Below are positions 39,785 to 48,630 of a DNA stretch of 64,000 nucleotides, piece after piece. The stretch is from a virus (taxonomy: Duplodnaviria > Caudoviricetes). A program made the translations under genes and the position numbers. Each line of letters starts with the position of its first letter. The first letter of the stretch is position 1. Where the stretch lies: positions 224,001 through 288,000 of IMG/VR virus record IMGVR_UViG_3300027740_000003; one strand, given 5' to 3'. The notes below the pieces were generated by a model, which searched no databases, was not told the origin of the DNA, and saw only the letters and a list, made by a program, of their open reading frames with translations.

Positions 39785-40708
39785 TTAAATCATAAATGCA
39801 TCTATAGTGTCAAACGATGTTAGCATATCTAATCTAGATTGATTAGAGCCTTGTAGAGGCGGAGAACTTGCAGGCAACCCGTCTGTTAAAACGCCATAAC
39901 TTAATGGAGGCCCACCTTCTCTCCAATTGCTCTGACCATATGACGGATGATGGTGCCATGGCATAAAATTGTTCCTAAATCCTCTACGCTGTGTTGCACT
40001 AAATGTAAAATTATAATCAAATAACCCAAGCCTGTCTACAGAATCTTTATAATCAAAGTCTTCAAAAAATCCCCTAAATACCTCTCCCATCCAATACATC
40101 TCTACCGTAAATGCTAAAGATGCAAGTGTAGGCTTGTTCCTAGCATTTATAGCATTAGATGTTAAAGAACTGTCTATTTGATCTGCAACAAATGGAACCG
40201 CTCCGAGAAATGGAATGCTTCCAATTCCAAATGGCCCGCTTCCACCAAATATGGTGTTATCAAATGATTCTTGGTTTTTCTTGTCTCTCTCAGCTTGCAA
40301 CAAAAGAGCATACGGATCAAACATAACTTGTTCATTTCTATATACATCTAATAAAACATTTATTCCTTCAATGCCAGATGTTCCAGTGGTTCCATTAACC
40401 GAAATTCCTATCAAATCCTCGCCCCAATATTGTAAAGAATATCCTCCTTTTACTCGGGTTTTTGTAGTTAGTTTTTTATACTTGTAAGACACTTGCTGTG
40501 GGTTAATATACATCTCAACAATAGGCTGCTCTGGCACAAGCCATCTCATAACTTGTCTGGTTGTCCTTCCGTCTATTCTAGGAGGAACTTGTGCTTGCCG
40601 AGACATTGCTCCACTCTGAGCAGGTGGCAACTTCCCAGTTAGATTGCTGGCCATTGAAGTGGCTGTATTTGCAATAGAATCAAAAAATTCAAAAGGTAGT
40701 TTCGCCAT
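39785..40708 (-). CDS. Tail tube initiator / hub-associated protein (gpU, T4 gp48/54-like)
   Basis: EMYINPQQVSYKYKK...GGYSLQYWGEDL..ISVNGTTG, GEVFRGFFEDF; between tape measure and hub. Confidence 0.6.
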   Translation of the reverse strand: MAKLPFEFFDSIANTATSMASNLTGKLPPAQSGAMSRQAQVPPRIDGRTTRQVMRWLVPEQPIVEMYINPQQVSYKYKKLTTKTRVKGGYSLQYWGEDLIGISVNGTTGTSGIEGINVLLDVYRNEQVMFDPYALLLQAERDKKNQESFDNTIFGGSGPFGIGSIPFLGAVPFVADQIDSSLTSNAINARNKPTLASLAFTVEMYWMGEVFRGFFEDFDYKDSVDRLGLFDYNFTFSATQRRGFRNNFMPWHHHPSYGQSNWREGGPPLSYGVLTDGLPASSPPLQGSNQSRLDMLTSFDTIDAFMI

Positions 40709-42912
40709 TATCTAACCCCGCTTGATGCCCTAGAGGCCTCTATTTGTGCTAATTCCATGCTCAATTGCTGAGTGTCTATAACCTTTCCTTCAGTATTCTT
40801 TACTATTACAGTTAAAGGATCAATTGTAAAATTTATTCCCGTTGTTCCAGATGCCCTCGGCGCCATTCCTGGCAATGTAGGTCCTATACCTACTTCTTTT
40901 GGTGCCGACGGAAGAACAGGGCCGGCTGGAATTTCTGGAACAATATTCTCCATTGCCTCTGTATCTGGAGCATTCTTTGCCGCAGTCATTCCAGAAACAT
41001 ATTGGTTTATTTTTCCTATTGTGTCAGATACTGTTGCCATTACTGCTGATGCCGGAGTTTCTGTTGCTAAAAACCCTTTCCCAGCCGTGCCAGCCAAATC
41101 CATCGCTTTACCCCTTTCTCCAGCATATAATTCTCTCAGCTGGGATCCTTCAAGATTCATTCCTCCAGCCAAACTCCTAATATACAAAGCATTTCCTATT
41201 TGCTGCTCTTGCAATAATTGTCCAATAGTATTCTGAATATTTATCAATGCATTAGCCTGCTTCTCCTGCATCTTTTCATCTGTCTTAAGAACACTAGACA
41301 TTGCATCACCAGTTTCTCTTCCAATTGCTTCTGTATCAATCCCGCCAGGACCAGCTGTTTTAAATGCTTCTAATAATCTATAAGCCTGATCTGCGTTCTT
41401 TACAACAGCTCCAAATGGTCCTTGTGTTAAAAATTGAACTTGCCTTGTTAACTCAGCAGCCGCTGTATCTGATTTTGAGCCCTCTTCGAGGGTAGTCACT
41501 CCACCAAATTGTCCTTTTAATGACTGCTCCATCTTTTTATAAACTTCATCAAGCTTTCCTTGACGCATTAACATGTCTACTTCAAAAGCCCCTCTTAACC
41601 CTCCTGCCCCTCCAGTCTGTTGAGACATAAACGCTTTCTGAGCTAAACTCATATTACCAATAGATTGTGTAATGCTCTCTATTATTGCCTTAGTAGGTTC
41701 TATACCTAGCCCTGTACTTTTTAAAGCACCAGCTAGTGCTCCAACCAGATTAATAGATGAAGACATGTTGTCTCCAAGCATAGCAAATTGCTTTACAACC
41801 CCACCAATTATATTATCTACATCTTTAAATCCTATTCCCAATCTCTGAGACAAATCATATGTTTTTGTCATAAGATCTAAAGCGTGTTCGTTGGTGGTTC
41901 CAAATTGCCTAAATTGTAAATTCAAATCATTAACAACGTCTTTAAAATCTCCAGTGGTTCCTCTGGCTACTCGAATTGCTCCTTCTAACATTGACATTTG
42001 ACCACCAGCAGCTCCAGAAAGCTGAACTGTTGAATTAAATGCTCCAGGCAACTTCATTAGTTCTTGGCCAAATTTATTAACCTCATCTATTGCTAAGTTG
42101 GTAGACTGAGCAACGGCAGTGTTCTGGTCTACTATTCTTATTAACTGGTTTTCTAAATTGCCGGTAAAATTCATTCTATTAATGTTTTGGAACCCAGCAA
42201 ATTGGCCAAACAATCCCATTATTGAACTTTCAAATTTTCTTACACCGGCTGTTTCTTTTACAAGTTCTTCAACTCCGCTACCCATTGCTCCTGCTACTTT
42301 GGTAAATGGAGCCAATACTTGGTCTATAATTCCTTTCCCACCAGTGAATTTTTTAAATACACCTTCTAGTTTTTCTATTCCTTCTTTTGTGGATTCAAAT
42401 AGTTTAGTAGAGCTTTCTATTCCAATAGCAGATGTTTCTCTAGATACTTGCCCATAATTTCCTACAGCGTCTCCAAGACCTACAACAACACTGGCAAGAA
42501 GCCCCCCAACTTGGGCGGTTTTCTCCATTTTATCTCTAAAATCAATATTCTCTTTTCCAGCTTTATTTATAGCATCTGACATTCCTAAGACGTCCATGGC
42601 TCCAGACTTCATTCTTTGTGCAAATTTTCCAAGAACAGAGTCTGAATTTGAAGCGCCAGATGTGTATGCTTTTAATATGCTATCCTGATCTTCTACTGAT
42701 TTTGAAAATATATCAAAGTTTCCCGCTGTTTTTTTGGCAGTTTCTCCTGCTTTTTCAGTTGCTTCTGTTGCCTTTCCGGCCGACGTGGTTAATTGGTCTA
42801 ATTTTTCAGGAGCTCCAGTAAATAAATCTGTTATTCTTGTGCTTACTGATGCTAAATTTGCCTCAATACTCTTTAATAACGCATTTATCTTTGCTAATAG
42901 TTCCGGATCCAT
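40708..42912 (-). CDS. Tape measure protein
   Basis: Ala/Gly/Gln-rich, predicted helical, 734 aa; directly downstream of the G/GT chaperone pair. Confidence 0.75.
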   Translation of the reverse strand: MDPELLAKINALLKSIEANLASVSTRITDLFTGAPEKLDQLTTSAGKATEATEKAGETAKKTAGNFDIFSKSVEDQDSILKAYTSGASNSDSVLGKFAQRMKSGAMDVLGMSDAINKAGKENIDFRDKMEKTAQVGGLLASVVVGLGDAVGNYGQVSRETSAIGIESSTKLFESTKEGIEKLEGVFKKFTGGKGIIDQVLAPFTKVAGAMGSGVEELVKETAGVRKFESSIMGLFGQFAGFQNINRMNFTGNLENQLIRIVDQNTAVAQSTNLAIDEVNKFGQELMKLPGAFNSTVQLSGAAGGQMSMLEGAIRVARGTTGDFKDVVNDLNLQFRQFGTTNEHALDLMTKTYDLSQRLGIGFKDVDNIIGGVVKQFAMLGDNMSSSINLVGALAGALKSTGLGIEPTKAIIESITQSIGNMSLAQKAFMSQQTGGAGGLRGAFEVDMLMRQGKLDEVYKKMEQSLKGQFGGVTTLEEGSKSDTAAAELTRQVQFLTQGPFGAVVKNADQAYRLLEAFKTAGPGGIDTEAIGRETGDAMSSVLKTDEKMQEKQANALINIQNTIGQLLQEQQIGNALYIRSLAGGMNLEGSQLRELYAGERGKAMDLAGTAGKGFLATETPASAVMATVSDTIGKINQYVSGMTAAKNAPDTEAMENIVPEIPAGPVLPSAPKEVGIGPTLPGMAPRASGTTGINFTIDPLTVIVKNTEGKVIDTQQLSMELAQIEASRASSGVR

Positions 42913-43263
42913 TTATTCCTCAATAACTCTTCTGGCCCTTCTGTGTAATTTTTGATCTGCTATGTCGTTGAATTTACTAACCATTTCATATGACTTCTCA
43001 TATTCCTCGTCAGATGTAGCATAATCTGGGTTATCTTGCTTAGATGCCCTGTTAGCCATTTCCCAATTAAAAAATGACCCCATATATAATGCATAACTTT
43101 TATATATTTTGTGCATATCTTCTTGATCCTGGAGCCAGCTCTGATACATCCACATCCATGTGAATTCATCCATATCCTCAAAAAATGAGTCGCCTGGCAA
43201 GAATTTGTAGGTTTTACATAAAAACCATATAAACCTATGATCCGGCTCCTTTATTATTTTTTT
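42913..43263 (-). CDS. Tail assembly chaperone GT extension (reached by -1 frameshift)
   Basis: The frame of the 95-aa TTG ORF is open back to the A7 run at 43257-43263 and reads KIIKEPDHRFIWFLCKTYKFLPGDSFFEDMDEFTWMWMY. Confidence 0.75.
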   Translation of the reverse strand, partial: KKIIKEPDHRFIWFLCKTYKFLPGDSFFEDMDEFTWMWMYQSWLQDQEDMHKIYKSYALYMGSFFNWEMANRASKQDNPDYATSDEEYEKSYEMVSKFNDIADQKLHRRARRVIEE

Positions 43264-43862
43264 ATGTTTTCAACTATCTCCTTTGGCTCTCCTCCCAGAT
43301 CTTCCACCATGGCCTTCCTGTGCTCTACAATCATATTAGAATACTCTTCCCATAGTCTTCCAATAACTGACTCCTCCATCTCATCAATCACATCCTCGGC
43401 CGTCTCAGACCCCAAGAAATGCATGAACGGAACTCCATCTATTTCAAAGATGGATCTTGCTAATGTGCACTTTCTTATTGTAAGAGCTTCTCCTACATTT
43501 GTTTGAGATAATGCCGCAGCTTCAATAACTTCTCTTGTTTCTTTATTCTTTAATGATCTTAATGAGAATGTAATTCCTTCTATATCTACATCCTTTACTA
43601 ATCTTCCAATTCCTGTTAATATCTCTAATCTATTAACTGCATTCTTTGGAGCTCTATTTGTTCTTTTTTCTTCCCTTGCTCGTTTTATTTCTTCTTCTAA
43701 TTCTGCATTTGTTTTAAATGTTTCTTCTGGTTCTGAAGAAGAAAAACTTAAAATAGGTTGTGGCTCTGGCTCTTCTACTCGTAATACTTCTTTATTCTTA
43801 GCTTCGCCTAAATCAATACGACCTAGGGAAGATGATATAGCTCTTCTCCTATTAATCTCCAT
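43254..43862 (-). CDS. Tail assembly chaperone (gpG-like)
   Basis: Acidic small protein between tail tube and tape measure; ends in a slippery sequence. Confidence 0.75.
   Translation of the reverse strand: MEINRRRAISSSLGRIDLGEAKNKEVLRVEEPEPQPILSFSSSEPEETFKTNAELEEEIKRAREEKRTNRAPKNAVNRLEILTGIGRLVKDVDIEGITFSLRSLKNKETREVIEAAALSQTNVGEALTIRKCTLARSIFEIDGVPFMHFLGSETAEDVIDEMEESVIGRLWEEYSNMIVEHRKAMVEDLGGEPKEIVENIKK
43257..43263 (-). other. Programmed -1 ribosomal frameshift site A_AAA_AAA
   Basis: Minus strand AAC ATA AAA AAA TAA; X XXY YYZ heptamer immediately before the stop; the -1 frame is open into the downstream ORF. Confidence 0.75.
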
Positions 43863-43909
43863 ACACTTTCTCCTATGTTAATAAACCTACTCGGCTTATA
43901 TATCACTGG

Positions 43910-44557
43910 TTATAGAGCACTGCCATCAAATGCATTAATAAGGCCAGCTGCATCCAAAGCACCACGGTAAATGCCAACATCCGCTTGCTGCTCAAATGGA
44001 TTAACCACAAGTCTTGTAGGATCTGAAATGGCCGACTGCCCACCAGAACGGAAGCTCTTTATCGCTTCTGCTTCAAGATTCATATTATCCACAATAACAA
44101 AGTTGTCAGAATCATATGTATAACTAATCTGTGTAATCCAACAGTTCTGGATAACGGTCACTACCGTAGCCCCAGCTACCGCCATTCCTCCAGATCCTAT
44201 CGCCCCACCTTGAATTAAATCATATATCTCAATATCAAATGGAACCCGCTGAGATCCCACATGAACATATGATCGGTAGAAACCTTCCGCAATTCTCTTG
44301 CCATCAAAACGGGTTCTCTGACAGGTCACGTTATATTCTGCTGACTTATTAGGAGCGGAATCTATAACGCCATCTGTCCCAACTTCAGAAATCCTAGTGA
44401 CCGATCTTTGTTCTGTCACCTGAAGTTGTTTTACCGCCGCAATTGGGTTTCCAGCAATAGCAAGAATTATGTTTGTTGATAAATGCGTGCCAGTCCGGTT
44501 CCTACCTTGAAGCGTAATCTGAGTGGCATTTGCTGATTGAACATTTCTTAATGGCAT
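43910..44557 (-). CDS. Tail tube protein (T4 gp19-like)
   Basis: Directly downstream of the sheath gene; AVKQLQVTEQRSVTRISEVG, PFDIEI, VIQNCWITQISY. Confidence 0.82.
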   Translation of the reverse strand: MPLRNVQSANATQITLQGRNRTGTHLSTNIILAIAGNPIAAVKQLQVTEQRSVTRISEVGTDGVIDSAPNKSAEYNVTCQRTRFDGKRIAEGFYRSYVHVGSQRVPFDIEIYDLIQGGAIGSGGMAVAGATVVTVIQNCWITQISYTYDSDNFVIVDNMNLEAEAIKSFRSGGQSAISDPTRLVVNPFEQQADVGIYRGALDAAGLINAFDGSAL

Positions 44558-44600
44558 TTTTATTTCCTTAAGGTTAATCCTACTTATTTGTTTTTATAAT

Positions 44601-47075
44601 TTACTCTAGTAATCCAACAGAAACTCTAATGAAGATAAAATTAACCCCGTAAACAGGCTGTATTTTTACCGTAATATTCCATTGAGTTGGATCTACTGTA
44701 TCCCTAGCAATCTTAAGATCCTTCCATGTTGTTATCAGGCCTTGTCCAACAAAGCTTGACAAAGCAGATTGTCCACGAGTTTGTAAGGCGCTCTCAAACA
44801 CTGGAGAATCAGTTAATCCAATAAATCCATCAAATGCTGTTCTGAGCTGCTTAGCAACACTGTCCCTAATAAAGATAATAGAGATTTCTCTTTCCTCTAC
44901 GAAACCACTATTGGTTGTGGTCTGGCCTCTAATAACTTTTCCACCACCAGTTATTGGCTGAAGAACAGTAATGCCTGCTGCTGTTAAATTCTGTAGAATT
45001 ATTGGACGATATGTCTTGTCTCTGAGAATTGTAAACCCAGTTAATGACTTTCTTGTCAATGGCATTGCTATGTTGGTCACTCCTGAGAGATATCCTGCTG
45101 CTGCCGCGGCCTGATAGAATCCGTCAATTAATGTGTTGTCCGCCCCTATCTGAACCACAATCTCATCAGGATAGAAATAAACAACACGATATGTGGTTCC
45201 ATAAGAATTCTGGACACCATAATCAGCAAGATCTTCTACAGACCCTGCTAGAATCTCAGTGACATCGTCTCCTTGAATTCCTTCAAGAACGCCAATGTTC
45301 TCAACTGCTGCATCTTCTGTTCCTATAACGTTGGCTGGTGTCAATCCTGCAATTGCCCCAATAAACAGAACTCTTTCTTTTCTATTCTTAATATTACTCA
45401 TATATCTAACATGGGCAACACCATTCTGGAATATTGCAGAAATTGTTTGTCTTGGAAGAGGAACGACTATATCAACATCAATTCGCTCCAATTCCTCATA
45501 AGCTGATATCCATCCTGCATCAAAGAAATCCGCATCGCGAGTATCAACTACTGTTGCCCTAATCTGGGTTCCAGCAGGAATTTGTGCAGCAAGATCCTCA
45601 GTAAACAGAATCTTTATTCCCTCTTCAATTGAATCAATTACCTCGAATTGCAAAGCTGTCTCATTAACGAAGGTTCCGCTAACTCTGCTGATTGTTAATA
45701 CGCCAGCACTAACTCCAGTAATTGCAAAAGTTCCGTTATTATCAGGATTAGTAGCGTTAAATACATGAACGCTTCTTGTGCCATTTATATCATCCTGACC
45801 AAAAATCTGACCAACACTTGAGAACGTTGCATGAGTTGCGTCAACAAAAGTAAGCACACCATCGTTGTCAAACTTTACAACAGCAGTATTTGTATCAACA
45901 ACTGCTGTGTATGAGAATGAAAACACTGGATTCAATATGAAGTTTGTATCCGGGTTTGCGGTAATTGTTGCATCATAGAAAGCAACCTTGTTTGGAACAA
46001 TCTGTGATTCCACACCTGTTATTGGATTTGTTAAAAAGAAGTTGATATTGCTATCAGCATCCGGAACAACTCCAAGTGGAAGAGGGAATGTTAAATCTTC
46101 AGGATCTGCATCTCCCGAAGCGCTTTCCATTATGATATAAGAAACTCTTCGTGGAATTGAAGGGGCTGCTTGAAGAGCCCAAACGCCAGGAGTTCCGTTT
46201 GCAAAGGCTAACTGAGCACCTAAAGACAAGGTATTGGTTGTACTTGGCGCACCATGCTTTGTCTGTAATTCATCAAAATCCGTAAAAAATTCAGGATCAT
46301 TTATATCCGTCACAGCAATGTAAGTGGCTGTCAAACTGTCTCCAGCAAGAAGCACGCCACCTTCCACTTCGATTATGAACCTATCTCCCTCACGGAAAGC
46401 AGTTGTTCCTTCGCTAATTGAGAAGGATAAGATTCCATTGCTAACCACGGTTCCATTTGACTGCCAGAAAACCACATTTCCATAACCATCAAGAGGACTT
46501 CCGCTAACAGAACCATTAGCAATAAATCTAGCATATCCATCAATTGGATTGCCATAACCATCTCTTATAATCGAGGATACACGAATTGACCAGGTTTCTG
46601 ATGGGGCATTAACGTCAACCAATGTAAGATTGCCAATTGTTCCATTTCCTGTATTCAATGAACTGGCGGAATAATACTGACCACCCTGATCAACAATAGA
46701 AGCTGTTTGCAGCTCAATTTGTCCGGTTTCAGGATCTACTCTGTAATCATAGCTGCTACTAAATGTTCCAGTTATAACACCTTCTGTTCCGGCAAGCAAA
46801 ATGCCATTTTTATAAAGACTTGTTCTGTTCTCAATAATAGGAGCATGGCTTAGCAAGAAATGACGGCCATCTGATCCATTTGGACCTGCATAAGTCGGAT
46901 CAAATCCATCATTACCGTCTCCGTTTGCCGAACTAACTAAAGTTTCTTTTCGGGCACCTTCTCCAACTAGAACAGCAAGCCGCGTTCCAGCTGGAATAGA
47001 CAAACCACTAGAGAAAGTCTCAATTGACGTATATACGCCGGGAAGTGCATTCTGCGATTCTGGGAAGCTAGGCAT
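44601..47075 (-). CDS. Contractile tail sheath protein
   Basis: PGVY at the N-terminus, LSLGAQLAFANG, AAAAAGYLSG...MPLT.K.L.GF, GITVL....GG..VIRGQTT, EISI..IRD.V, PVYGVNFIFIRV. Confidence 0.92.
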   Translation of the reverse strand: MPSFPESQNALPGVYTSIETFSSGLSIPAGTRLAVLVGEGARKETLVSSANGDGNDGFDPTYAGPNGSDGRHFLLSHAPIIENRTSLYKNGILLAGTEGVITGTFSSSYDYRVDPETGQIELQTASIVDQGGQYYSASSLNTGNGTIGNLTLVDVNAPSETWSIRVSSIIRDGYGNPIDGYARFIANGSVSGSPLDGYGNVVFWQSNGTVVSNGILSFSISEGTTAFREGDRFIIEVEGGVLLAGDSLTATYIAVTDINDPEFFTDFDELQTKHGAPSTTNTLSLGAQLAFANGTPGVWALQAAPSIPRRVSYIIMESASGDADPEDLTFPLPLGVVPDADSNINFFLTNPITGVESQIVPNKVAFYDATITANPDTNFILNPVFSFSYTAVVDTNTAVVKFDNDGVLTFVDATHATFSSVGQIFGQDDINGTRSVHVFNATNPDNNGTFAITGVSAGVLTISRVSGTFVNETALQFEVIDSIEEGIKILFTEDLAAQIPAGTQIRATVVDTRDADFFDAGWISAYEELERIDVDIVVPLPRQTISAIFQNGVAHVRYMSNIKNRKERVLFIGAIAGLTPANVIGTEDAAVENIGVLEGIQGDDVTEILAGSVEDLADYGVQNSYGTTYRVVYFYPDEIVVQIGADNTLIDGFYQAAAAAGYLSGVTNIAMPLTRKSLTGFTILRDKTYRPIILQNLTAAGITVLQPITGGGKVIRGQTTTNSGFVEEREISIIFIRDSVAKQLRTAFDGFIGLTDSPVFESALQTRGQSALSSFVGQGLITTWKDLKIARDTVDPTQWNITVKIQPVYGVNFIFIRVSVGLLE

Positions 47076-47153
47076 CTGATAATTCCTTATTACCTTGGTA
47101 AGAAAACTACTATCTTTTTATATGCAAAATTATTGCTTACTATTTTTAATCTA

Positions 47154-47954
47154 TTATTCCCCAATTTGTTCCTCCGAAAACGATACGTTTTCTAACTCAA
47201 GTTCCGTATGAACTTCAATATTTGGTGCGTAATTATCTGCACTTACATCTCCAAATTCTACACAAAATGTAATTAATTCAACAAAATTAGATATTGGGAT
47301 CTCTCTTCTCCATTCTCCACGTATATTTATTGTTATTATCCTATGGTGAAGCTTATCATTGCGGTCTTCCGATTCGCTAGCACCAGAAACGGAAATATCA
47401 GGTTTAATGGACACGCCAGCCCTATAAAGATTATTCCAATTAATATCAATTAAATAAATAGAAATAAGTTCAGCAAGATCATCAGCTTCCTGAATAGCTC
47501 TTGATTGCACCTCTATATTTATTGAACCTTCCCAAGCACCAGCCATTACAAATTTATCTGGTGTTGGTAAAAACCGTCTTTGATAACCATCAGTAAATTC
47601 AGTTATATTATTTTCTACATAATACAAGTTTCTATTTAAAGAAATTGGGACATAACGAAACGAACCTGCTTTTACAAGAATAGCAGGATATTGAATTATA
47701 TCATACCTGTTATTTTCTCCAATAAAAACGCGGGTAGTCAATTCATCATAAAGACCAGCATCGGCAGGAACATCAGTAAGATCTACAGTTTTATTATATC
47801 CGAAACTGTCTCCGTGCCAGGAATATTTGCTATCCTGCCCAAAAAAATCTTTTAAAGAAGCTACTATAAGATCTTTTGGATAGCGCAACATTGTATTTTG
47901 AACTATATAATAAAGATCATATAGTTCTGTATTATAAGAAAATCCGGCTGCCAT
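47154..47954 (-). CDS. Tail terminator / completion protein (putative)
   Basis: YPAILV, GAWEGSINIEV.SR...ADDLAELI; immediately upstream of the sheath gene. Confidence 0.55.
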   Translation of the reverse strand: MAAGFSYNTELYDLYYIVQNTMLRYPKDLIVASLKDFFGQDSKYSWHGDSFGYNKTVDLTDVPADAGLYDELTTRVFIGENNRYDIIQYPAILVKAGSFRYVPISLNRNLYYVENNITEFTDGYQRRFLPTPDKFVMAGAWEGSINIEVQSRAIQEADDLAELISIYLIDINWNNLYRAGVSIKPDISVSGASESEDRNDKLHHRIITINIRGEWRREIPISNFVELITFCVEFGDVSADNYAPNIEVHTELELENVSFSEEQIGE

Positions 47955-47984
47955 ATAAGAAATACTATAATATGCGGTAAGGGC

Positions 47985-48013
47985 TTGACAAAAGCTGATT
48001 CTAGACCTACACT
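47985..48013 (+). promoter_or_regulatory. Near-consensus sigma70 promoter
   Basis: TTGACA (47985-47990), 17-nt spacer, TACACT (48008-48013). Confidence 0.82.
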
Positions 48014-48022
48014 GTGGTCAGA

Positions 48023-48030
48023 TAAGGAGG
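48023..48030 (+). promoter_or_regulatory. Strong Shine-Dalgarno site
   Basis: TAAGGAGG 6 nt upstream of ATG 48037. Confidence 0.85.
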
Positions 48031-48036
48031 AACATC

Positions 48037-48630
48037 ATGACTCGCATTGCAACAATTACAACGATCCTACTGCTTTACGGCTGTGGGTCGTCTACGACCA
48101 TCGTAGAGGGCACTGCTGAACCAGGAGAAGCCGGCCAGGCTCCCATTGATGAAACAGGTGGGTTAGAAGAAACGGGCGGCACAGGAGGCTCCACAGGAGG
48201 AAATCTTCCTACTGGCGGATTTGCTACTGGTGGAGAGCTCCCCACTGGAGGAACAATTACTGGCGGTGCTGCCGGAGCTGTTTCTACTGGAGGTCAAGAA
48301 ACTGGTGGAACACCAGAAATTCCAGGATGTACAGTATTAAAAGAAACAGAAGGCGGAGCTTGCACACAATATAAAGCTTGGGATAACCCTCCAAGTCCAC
48401 GAACAGAATGGAACAACGAATTAAACTGCACAGAATCCACATATCTTTCTGATGAAAATTTCTGTAATGTAGGAGCTATTCCTGCCAATCCAAATATTTG
48501 TGAAGACGGAGATACAATTTTTCCATTAGAAAATTTAAAATGTATGTTGTTGGTACATACTTGGCAAATTACCGAACCAACTGTTATTACATATAAAGAA
48601 AAAAACTGGTGCTGTCAATGGTTGGTTTAG
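48037..48630 (+). CDS. Predicted lipoprotein with a Gly/Thr linker and an 8-Cys C-terminal domain
   Basis: MTRIATITTILLLYG|C lipobox-like signal; repeated (E/T)TGG linker; own promoter and RBS; the only credible plus-strand gene. Confidence 0.8.
   Translation: MTRIATITTILLLYGCGSSTTIVEGTAEPGEAGQAPIDETGGLEETGGTGGSTGGNLPTGGFATGGELPTGGTITGGAAGAVSTGGQETGGTPEIPGCTVLKETEGGACTQYKAWDNPPSPRTEWNNELNCTESTYLSDENFCNVGAIPANPNICEDGDTIFPLENLKCMLLVHTWQITEPTVITYKEKNWCCQWLV

Noticed and set aside
40772-42457. Plus-strand ORFs of 93-154 aa within the tape measure gene
   Set aside because: Shadow ORFs with no recognisable motifs, fully nested in a well-supported gene.
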